Part shown: positions 9,506 through 16,299 of the stretch, in pieces
How the letters are laid out: each line of letters begins with the position of its first letter
Numbering within the stretch: position 1 is the stretch's first letter
Origin: an uncultured virus (IMG/VR IMGVR_UViG_3300042384_001469)
Lineage: Duplodnaviria > Heunggongvirae > Uroviricota > Caudoviricetes
DNA: 20,000 nt
Direction: 5' to 3' (one strand)
IMG/VR virus record: IMGVR_UViG_3300042384_001469
The notes under the pieces: model-generated
Databases searched by the model: none
What the model saw: only the letters and a program-made list of their open reading frames with translations
What the model was told of the DNA's origin: nothing
Position numbers and translations under genes: made by a program

Positions 9506-11065
9506 TTAAGGTTGTTTATTAATTAAATCACCGTTTTGTGCGGCTAACGTTGACCCATCCTGTACCAAAATACGATTATAAACAGGTGTAGGAGTTGGGG
9601 TAGTTGTTGGAGTTTGTGTTGGAGTCGAAGACAGGTCTAATGTTTGTGTAGGTGTAGATGTTTGTGTCTGTGTAGGGGTTTGAGTTGCAGTTTGACTAGG
9701 AGTTTGTGTCTGTGTAGGGGTTTGAGTTGCAGTTTGAGTTGCAGTTTGACTTGGAGTTTGAGTTGGGGTCTGAGTTTGAGTTGCAGTTTGACTTGGAGTT
9801 TGAGTTGGAGTCTGAGTCGGTGTTGGGGTAATTGCCGAATTATATAAAGTAATATTGTCCCCGTTTTGAATACTGATTGTTGAACCATCTTGTGCCAATA
9901 GATGATAAGTTATATAAGTTGTAGGCGTAATACTTGGTGTAATACTAGGTGTTGGTGTCTGTGTAGGTGTTGGTGTCTGTGTAGGAGTCTGTGTTGGTGT
10001 CTCAGTTTGTGTTGGTGTCTGTGTAGGAGTCTGAGTTGAGGTTTGTGTAGGAGTCTGAGTTGAGGTTTGTGTTGGAGTTTGTGTGGGAGTCTGAGTTGAG
10101 GTTTGTGTGGGAGTCTGAGTTGAGGTTTGTGTAGGAGTTTGTGTTGGAGTTTGTGTTGGAGTTTCAGTTTGACTAGGAGTTTGTGTTGGGGTTTGTGTTG
10201 GGGTTTCAGTTTGACTAGGAGTTTGTGTTGGGGTTTGGCTAGGTGTTGGAGTAATTGTTGGGGTAATTAATGGTGTTGGAGTGACAGGGGCGAACGTTTG
10301 ATTTGGGGTTACTTGTATTTGGTACGCACCTCCTGATTCTGATGAGGTCACGCCTGTTATCAATGAAGTCCTATTTAAAGAATCGAAATTTTCATTAATA
10401 GTTACTATTGTTTGCCCGCTAGAGTTACCTAAAGATATTGTTACACCTGTTTGAACTAAAATAGTCCCACCAGTATATCCTAAAACATTTGTAAAATTAA
10501 TTGTGACATCATTAACTAAATTTTCTTCAGATATTAAATTATATATCGCAACAATAGAACCTGGTTCTATAATAGATTCAAGTGTTATAGTAATATCTTC
10601 AGTTGTATATGCAGTAATTGGAATTAATTTAGTTCTTCTATCAAAATGATATCTATCCCATTTTGTAGTTCCACTATATAATCCCATACTAAAATATATT
10701 GTTTCACCTGACATTTCAGGGACTAACCCATTATCGGTACCAACTAATCCAATATCACATAAACTATCACCTGTAAAACAAGATATATTTTCATTATTTG
10801 GGTTATAATAATTTAATGAAACCAAAGTATTTCCGGACATGAAATCCCCATAATTTAAAGTTGGTTGTTGTGAAGAATTAGGGTTATTTAAATCGAAATA
10901 AATTGGTAATCTATTACCATCGTTTATTCCAATTAATTGAGTTGAAAAAACAACTTCTTCATTAAAATCTCTTTCATCAGAAGCTAAGGACATGTCCAAA
11001 TTGTTCCAACTTGGATTTAATTTCCACTTATTAAAGACATATTGATTAATATTCTGTTGACTCAT
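9506..11065 (-). CDS. Probable virion surface protein with two mucin-like Thr/Pro/Gln repeat tracts
   Basis: 519-aa ORF: globular N-terminal ~260 aa, then two TPTQ-type tracts, each followed by an L-x-QDGST-x3-QNGD-x-I motif. Confidence 0.7.
   Translation of the reverse strand: MSQQNINQYVFNKWKLNPSWNNLDMSLASDERDFNEEVVFSTQLIGINDGNRLPIYFDLNNPNSSQQPTLNYGDFMSGNTLVSLNYYNPNNENISCFTGDSLCDIGLVGTDNGLVPEMSGETIYFSMGLYSGTTKWDRYHFDRRTKLIPITAYTTEDITITLESIIEPGSIVAIYNLISEENLVNDVTINFTNVLGYTGGTILVQTGVTISLGNSSGQTIVTINENFDSLNRTSLITGVTSSESGGAYQIQVTPNQTFAPVTPTPLITPTITPTPSQTPTQTPSQTETPTQTPTQTPSQTETPTQTPTQTPTQTSTQTPTQTSTQTPTQTPTQTSTQTPTQTSTQTPTQTPTQTETPTQTPTQTPTPTQTPTPSITPSITPTTYITYHLLAQDGSTISIQNGDNITLYNSAITPTPTQTPTQTPSQTATQTQTPTQTPSQTATQTATQTPTQTQTPSQTATQTPTQTQTSTPTQTLDLSSTPTQTPTTTPTPTPVYNRILVQDGSTLAAQNGDLINKQP
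9584..9829 (-). repeat. Coding tandem repeat block B (TPTQ/TATQ/TQTQ units)
   Basis: The 35-mer tttgtgtctgtgtaggggtttgagttgcagtttga occurs at 9661 and 9703 (period 42), within degenerate 12-bp units. Confidence 0.9.
9917..10288 (-). repeat. Coding tandem repeat block A (TPTQ/TSTQ/TPSQ units)
   Basis: Degenerate 12-bp units with near-exact 24-bp higher-order copies (gtgtaggagtctgagttgaggttt) and 42-bp copies. Confidence 0.9.
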
Positions 11066-11071
11066 CTTTTA

Positions 11072-11097
11072 ATAAATACAATAATCAAAGTATTTAT
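11072..11097. promoter_or_regulatory. Divergent promoter region with inverted repeat ATAAATAC-N10-GTATTTAT
   Basis: Each arm places GTATTTAT on the sense strand just upstream of one of the two divergent ATGs (11065 minus, 11111 plus). Bases 11091-11098 also read TATAAATA on the minus strand. Confidence 0.5.
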
Positions 11098-11110
11098 AGG
11101 TAAAAACATT

Positions 11111-11971
11111 ATGAATAATAAAATTGAAACTTTTTCTAACAATTATTATTTCTTTTTAAAAGAAAGAGAAGATGATATTGCGTTATATTATTCAGTTTCA
11201 AATACTTTAAGTGAAGCACGAAAAAACGATAAAGTTATATTGTTTGAAAAGAAAAATTTACCAAAAGTAAAACAAGAAATTAAAAAAATACAAAAAGTAA
11301 AAAAAATAAAAAATACTGATGAGATGAAATCTCATTTAAAAAATTTTAAAGGAGAGATTGGAGAATTAGTTGATTACGATGGAACATTTTTAAGTTCAAA
11401 AATACCAATTATTAATCCAAAACTTTCACCAATTAAAACTACTGACCAAGAAGTTGTTGCAACAAGACAAACCAATAATCCCGTAACAAGAGGTTATCGA
11501 GTTTATTATGGAGAATCTATTGAGGACGGTCCTGTACTTGAAATTGATATGGATGGTGCGTTTGGTTGGGATGAAACCAAAAATATGGATGGTAAAAAAA
11601 CATTCAAATATCTTGTAAAAAACATGGGGATGGAACCTGAAGATGCAAAAGACAGGACTGAAAAATTTGGTAAAGATATAAAAGATAAAAAAGAAAAAAA
11701 TACTCCCAAAAAAATTAAAAATAAAAAATCTTTTATTGGGACTTTTAATCTTTTTGAAAAAAGGAAAATTGAAGAAAAAAAGAATGAGGACGCTAGGAAA
11801 TTAATTGAGGATATTTTGGTACAAAAAAATAAAAAAGATTCAGATATCACAAAAAAAGAAACTAAAATTTCTAAAACTTTTTTAAATAATCTAAAATCTT
11901 TAAAAAAGATGGCTGACAAAGAAGGTATTAGTTTAGGTGAGTTAGTTAAAATGATAAAAAAGGATGAATAA
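11111..11971 (+). CDS. Hypothetical Lys-rich phage protein
   Basis: Long ORF. The ATG at 11111 (MNNKIETF) is preferred to the track start at 11042, which would overlap the divergent gene. Overlaps the next gene by 8 bp. Confidence 0.7.
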   Translation: MNNKIETFSNNYYFFLKEREDDIALYYSVSNTLSEARKNDKVILFEKKNLPKVKQEIKKIQKVKKIKNTDEMKSHLKNFKGEIGELVDYDGTFLSSKIPIINPKLSPIKTTDQEVVATRQTNNPVTRGYRVYYGESIEDGPVLEIDMDGAFGWDETKNMDGKKTFKYLVKNMGMEPEDAKDRTEKFGKDIKDKKEKNTPKKIKNKKSFIGTFNLFEKRKIEEKKNEDARKLIEDILVQKNKKDSDITKKETKISKTFLNNLKSLKKMADKEGISLGELVKMIKKDE

Positions 11972-12428
11972 AGATTTATATAATAAAGAGTACGATATCC
12001 CAAGTGATGTTATTGAATCTTTACAAAAAGGGTTTGATGAACATAGTACTAGGTTTTATAATACTTCAGGTTATAAAAAAAATATAAATTTAAGAGATAA
12101 TAAAAAAATATCATATCAACTTTTAAAAAATTATAAAAACAAATTTGAAAGTGGAAATTTAAGTAAAGAAAGATATGAATTAATGGGTGGAGATAGGATG
12201 AAAAATTGGGTTAATATGTTATTAAACCAAGATAGACAAACACTTAAAACTTCTAAAAAACATAGAATGGATTCAGGTTTGTCAAATTCTTTTATAAAAA
12301 CTCATACTAAAAACCCATTGAATGGTGTTAGACCATCTTTGAGTCACAAAAAAACAAGCTTTAGACACGCATCTTCTATATTTGAAGATATAGAAAGAAT
12401 AAACGAAATAATAAAAATAATAATTTAA
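11964..12428 (+). CDS. Hypothetical phage protein
   Basis: 154-aa ORF tightly packed in the operon, ending in an amphipathic IFEDIERINEII helix. Confidence 0.7.
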   Translation: MNKDLYNKEYDIPSDVIESLQKGFDEHSTRFYNTSGYKKNINLRDNKKISYQLLKNYKNKFESGNLSKERYELMGGDRMKNWVNMLLNQDRQTLKTSKKHRMDSGLSNSFIKTHTKNPLNGVRPSLSHKKTSFRHASSIFEDIERINEIIKIII

Positions 12429-12432
12429 AATT

Positions 12433-12735
12433 ATGCCAAGTTACATTCCAATTAATTTTGAGCAACAACAATTAAACCAACTAGGTCAAATTGGTGTTCA
12501 ACAAAGAGGAACATTAATTCCAACTAATGATTATTTTCAAACGAATCAATACAGTGCAACAAATCCTGACGCATTAGCAACTGGCGATGCTCAAGGTAAG
12601 GGTACAGGAAACGATGGTTTATTAAACGCTTATGATTTTGTTGCAGGTAACAATAGAGACGTACAAGAAAGAGCGTCAGAAGTTGCAATTAATTACTATA
12701 AAGCTCAAGTACCTTACACTACCCCATCAGTATAA
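12433..12735 (+). CDS. Small hypothetical protein, possibly virion-associated
   Basis: 100 aa, Gln/Asn/Gly/Ala-rich and Lys-poor unlike its neighbours, with a DALATGDAQGKGTG motif. TAATG coupling to the next gene. Confidence 0.65.
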   Translation: MPSYIPINFEQQQLNQLGQIGVQQRGTLIPTNDYFQTNQYSATNPDALATGDAQGKGTGNDGLLNAYDFVAGNNRDVQERASEVAINYYKAQVPYTTPSV

Positions 12736-13118
12736 TGAAATTAATAAACTCATTAAAATCACTATTGGTTGAGACTGTTACTTTTCGTGATATACGAGAT
12801 GCCATATCCCAACGCAAAGTTATTTATATAACATATAATGGTGATGAACCCGGAGGTAAAGGTATTCGTGTTATTGAGCCAGTGTGCTTAGGAGTTAATA
12901 AAAAAGGTAATCAAGTATTGTGTGCGTGGGAAAGAGAAGGAGCGTCTCATAGAGGATATTTAAGACAACGTCCTATGCCAGGATGGAGATATTTTAAAGT
13001 TAGAGACATTTTAAGTGTGACTCCAACAGATATCGAGTTTTCTGAAGTCAGACCAGGTTTTAATCCAAATGGAGACAAAAGAATGATATCAATTGACATT
13101 TTAGCAAAGTTTATTTAA
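12735..13118 (+). CDS. Stand-alone WYL-domain protein
   Basis: AISQRKVIYITY...RVIEPVCLG...VLCAW...GWRYFKVRDI matches the WYL pattern (AI...v.i.Y...R.iEP..l...yl.aw...R.Fr.drI). No HTH or WCX domain is visible. Confidence 0.75.
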   Translation: MKLINSLKSLLVETVTFRDIRDAISQRKVIYITYNGDEPGGKGIRVIEPVCLGVNKKGNQVLCAWEREGASHRGYLRQRPMPGWRYFKVRDILSVTPTDIEFSEVRPGFNPNGDKRMISIDILAKFI

Positions 13119-13128
13119 TATAAAGAAT

Positions 13129-13707
13129 ATGACAGAAGATTTAATACAAAAACTCATGATTTCAAAAAAAATCATGGATAAAAGTGATAACATCAAAAGA
13201 GGAGATGTTAGAAATATTTCAGAATCAAATTTTAATAGTAGTCCTGAAATTCAAGATTTTAATATTCCCCAGGCTAGTTATAATATTCCACAGGAATTTA
13301 TGACTGAGTCTAAACCCGTACAATCAAAACAATTTACAAATACAAAAGATAGAATTTTAAGTTCTAAATTACCTGACGCAATTAAACAATTAATGATTGA
13401 ACACCCAATACAATCACCACAACCATCATCACCTACAATTTCAGACGACATTATTGAAAGAGCTGCCAGATTAATGAATCAAAATAAAGAGTCTATTGTT
13501 GAGACATCTACTAACAAAAAATCCACAGTTCCTCAAACTTCAAACAATTCTGATTTACGAAAAATGCTTAAAGAAGTAGTTACCGAAGTTTTGACAGAAA
13601 AAGGAATAATACACGAATCAGAACAAAAGTCACAACAAGTAGTCCAAATTAAAGTTGGCGACCACATTTTTGAAGGTAAAATAACTAAAATAAAAAAATT
13701 AAAATAA
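13129..13707 (+). CDS. Hypothetical phage protein
   Basis: 192-aa ORF with SKLPDAIKQLMIEHPI and a terminal QIKVGDHIFEGKI hairpin, followed immediately by a terminator. Confidence 0.7.
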   Translation: MTEDLIQKLMISKKIMDKSDNIKRGDVRNISESNFNSSPEIQDFNIPQASYNIPQEFMTESKPVQSKQFTNTKDRILSSKLPDAIKQLMIEHPIQSPQPSSPTISDDIIERAARLMNQNKESIVETSTNKKSTVPQTSNNSDLRKMLKEVVTEVLTEKGIIHESEQKSQQVVQIKVGDHIFEGKITKIKKLK

Positions 13708-13710
13708 ATG

Positions 13711-13733
13711 AACCCCCACTTAGGGGGTTTTTT
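13711..13733 (+). terminator. Rho-independent terminator
   Basis: AACCCCC-ACTTA-GGGGGTT hairpin running into a T tract, 3 bp after the stop of 13129..13707. Confidence 0.85.
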
Positions 13734-13744
13734 ATTCATATGTG

Positions 13745-13773
13745 TTGAAATATTGTAGATTAAGTACTATAAT
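13745..13773 (+). promoter_or_regulatory. Sigma70-type promoter TTGAAA-N17-TATAAT
   Basis: -35 TTGAAA at 13745-13750, 17-bp spacer and perfect -10 TATAAT at 13768-13773, directly after the terminator. Confidence 0.65.
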
Positions 13774-13780
13774 TATTTCT

Positions 13781-14998
13781 ATGAGTAAAAAAATTAATAT
13801 TTTAGTTTTACCTTCAGATAGAAGTGGTGTTGGTAAATTTAGGTCGGTTGACCCACACGTATGTTTACAAAAATTATATCCAAACGAAGTACACGTTGAC
13901 ATTGAATTTGATGTGGATTACAATGACGATAGATTTTGGAAAAAATACGATATTGTTCATTTTCACAGATTAATAGGAACTGATTATGATAAATCATTAG
14001 AATTAATTAATAAACTAAATTCTGATGGGGTGGTTACAATTTGTGACATAGATGACTATTGGTTACCTACCAAAGAACATCCATTACATTCAATCATTGT
14101 TGAAGAAAAAATAAATGAGAGAATTATTGCACAAATAAAGGTGGCGTCACATGTCACTACTACAACCCCAATATTTGCACACGAGGTGTCTAAAATAAAT
14201 AAAAATGTGTCAGTATTACCAAATGCAATTGACCCTAATGAACCTCAATTTAAGGAACCATCAATTGAGTCTGACAGAATTAGAGTTGGGTGGTTAGGGG
14301 GTTCTTCACATTTACATGACCTTAATTTACTTGATGGGATGATAAATAAGTTAGGTTCTTTAAATGATAAACTACAATATGTTTTATGTGGATTTGACAC
14401 TAGAGGGTCAATGACTGAGTATAACAAAGAGACTGGTGAAAAGAAAGTTCGACCAATTAAACCTGAAGAAACAGTATGGGTAAAGTACGAAGAAATATTC
14501 ACAAATAATTATAAAATTATTAGTCCTGAGTATAAATCACATTTAATGAAATTTAAAGATGAACCTTACTTTAATGAATTAAATGAAGGGTACCGAAGAG
14601 TTTGGACATTACCTACAACATCTTACGCCAAAAATTATTCAAAATTTGATATATCATTAGCCCCAATTAAAAACCATATTTTTAATAAAGTTAAATCACA
14701 GTTAAAAGTTATTGAAGCGGGGTTTTACAAAAGAGCGTTAATTGCATCTAATGTTGGACCTTACACTGTTGATTTAAAACACGCTCTTAATCATGGTGAG
14801 TTTGTTGACGGAAACGCTTTATTAATTGAGGAAACTCGTAATCACTCCGATTGGTCAAAAAACATTAAAAAATTAGTCAATAATCCAAATATGATTGTTG
14901 ATTTAGGTGAAAGATTGTATGAAACAGTCTCAAAAAAATACGATTTAAATAACGTAACCAAAGATAGAAAAGAACTTTATTTCAGTTTATTAAAATAA
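13781..14998 (+). CDS. GT-B (GT4-like) glycosyltransferase
   Basis: ATG at 13781 (MSKKINILVL) is preferred to the GTG at 13742. Motifs SGVGKFR, DIDDYW, VLPNAID, RVGWLGG, DISLAP, KSQLKVIEAG and IASNVGPY. Confidence 0.8.
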   Translation: MSKKINILVLPSDRSGVGKFRSVDPHVCLQKLYPNEVHVDIEFDVDYNDDRFWKKYDIVHFHRLIGTDYDKSLELINKLNSDGVVTICDIDDYWLPTKEHPLHSIIVEEKINERIIAQIKVASHVTTTTPIFAHEVSKINKNVSVLPNAIDPNEPQFKEPSIESDRIRVGWLGGSSHLHDLNLLDGMINKLGSLNDKLQYVLCGFDTRGSMTEYNKETGEKKVRPIKPEETVWVKYEEIFTNNYKIISPEYKSHLMKFKDEPYFNELNEGYRRVWTLPTTSYAKNYSKFDISLAPIKNHIFNKVKSQLKVIEAGFYKRALIASNVGPYTVDLKHALNHGEFVDGNALLIEETRNHSDWSKNIKKLVNNPNMIVDLGERLYETVSKKYDLNNVTKDRKELYFSLLK

Positions 14999-15001
14999 TT
15001 T

Positions 15002-15703
15002 ATGATACAGTACCCATTAAACAAACTATTATTTATAGATATTGAGACTGTTGGGGTTTCAAGTAATTACGATACTTTCAAAAGAGACTACCCGTCTCTT
15101 TGTTATCAATTTGATAATTATTTAGATTGGTTTCAAAAAAGATTTACTGAAGATTCAGATAAATCAAAAGAAGATATATTTGTTAACCGAGCCGCTTTAG
15201 TACCTGAATTTTGTAAAATAATTTGTGTCTCAGTAGGGTTTATTGGACCTGATAATACAGTTAAAAAACAAACTTTTTTTAATTCAGATGAAACTCAATT
15301 ATTAAAAGATGTCAACACACTATTAAATCGTGTTGATAAATTAGGGTTTGTGCTTTGTGGACATAATATTAAGAATTTTGATATTCCTGTGTTAGGAAAA
15401 AGAATGATAATTAATGGTATATTACCATCATCAATTTTACCAACTCCCGACACAAAACCTTGGGAAGTTAAAGCGGTTGACACTAAAGATATTTGGCAAT
15501 TTGGTCAATTTGGAGCAATCAGTTCTTTAGAATTGATGTGTATATCTTTAGGAATTGAATCATCTAAAAATATGGAAGTTACGGGTAATAAAGTACACTA
15601 TTATTTTTGGAATGAAAACAAATACCAAGAGATACAAGATTACTGTGAAAAAGACGTTGAGGTTTTAATAAATGTTGTTAAAAAAATTAAAAATTTAAAA
15701 TGA
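15002..15703 (+). CDS. DEDDy 3'-5' exonuclease related to the PolB proofreading domain
   Basis: ExoI FIDIETV, ExoII GHNIKNFDIP and ExoIII YCEKDV motifs. Confidence 0.88.
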   Translation: MIQYPLNKLLFIDIETVGVSSNYDTFKRDYPSLCYQFDNYLDWFQKRFTEDSDKSKEDIFVNRAALVPEFCKIICVSVGFIGPDNTVKKQTFFNSDETQLLKDVNTLLNRVDKLGFVLCGHNIKNFDIPVLGKRMIINGILPSSILPTPDTKPWEVKAVDTKDIWQFGQFGAISSLELMCISLGIESSKNMEVTGNKVHYYFWNENKYQEIQDYCEKDVEVLINVVKKIKNLK

Positions 15704-16299
15704 ATTTAGATATTAACGACGAGGATTTTGATTTATATGAGGAAATGAAAAAAATTCAAGAATCTTTAGATAAAGAATCTAATTTGAATTTATATAAACA
15801 AATTTCGGATGATTATGGTATTGATTTAAAAGACTTTGAAGACAAAATGATAGAGTCTATGAAAAAACTTGACTTACCTTATTCATCGGAAACTGATTTA
15901 GATTTAAAGTATAATTACGTATCCGACAGTGGGTTTGATTTATACTCAACAGAGGAAATTTCAATTGAAGCTTTTGGAAGAGCTTTAATACCTACGGGCA
16001 TTAGATTTGAGATACCTGAAGGTTTTGAAATTCAGGTTAGGTCAAAAAGTGGATTAGCTCTTAAACAAGGGTTAATGGTTCTTAATAGTCCAGGTACTGT
16101 TGATGAGGGGTACACTGGTGAGGTACAAGTAATAGTGTTTAATACAAATAAAGAATCATTTAAAATTACTAAAGGTATGAAAATTGCTCAAGCGGTTTTA
16201 TCCAAATGTTATCCCGGTAGAAATGTTAATTTGGTTAAAGTAAGTAAAGTTGAAAATAAAGACCGTGGTGAAAACGGATTTGGAAGTACAGGAATATGA
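15700..16299 (+). CDS. dut: Trimeric dUTPase with an acidic N-terminal extension
   Basis: All five motifs present: SGFDL, RSKSGLA, GTVDEGYTGE, KIAQAV and RGENGFGSTG. Confidence 0.95.
   Translation: MNLDINDEDFDLYEEMKKIQESLDKESNLNLYKQISDDYGIDLKDFEDKMIESMKKLDLPYSSETDLDLKYNYVSDSGFDLYSTEEISIEAFGRALIPTGIRFEIPEGFEIQVRSKSGLALKQGLMVLNSPGTVDEGYTGEVQVIVFNTNKESFKITKGMKIAQAVLSKCYPGRNVNLVKVSKVENKDRGENGFGSTGI

Noticed and set aside
9637..9888. Alternative-frame ORFs 9637..9888 (-) and 9644..9847 (+) with LQLK or CLC repeats
   Set aside because: These are shadows of the TPTQ repeat, which lacks stops in other frames.
9584..10288. Repeat region as a CRISPR array or telomere-like GT-rich repeat
   Set aside because: There are no unique spacers. 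Units are multiples of 3 with third-position variation and encode Thr/Pro/Gln in an open frame.
8850..10610. Intron or mobile element explaining the apparent split structural gene
   Set aside because: I see no homing endonuclease, transposase, terminal repeats or convincing target-site duplication, and the intervening DNA encodes structural-looking protein.
11042..11110. Track starts at 11042 (and likewise 13742) as true N-termini
   Set aside because: They are non-ATG starts that overlap a divergent gene or the promoter. The downstream ATGs at 11111 and 13781 fit better.
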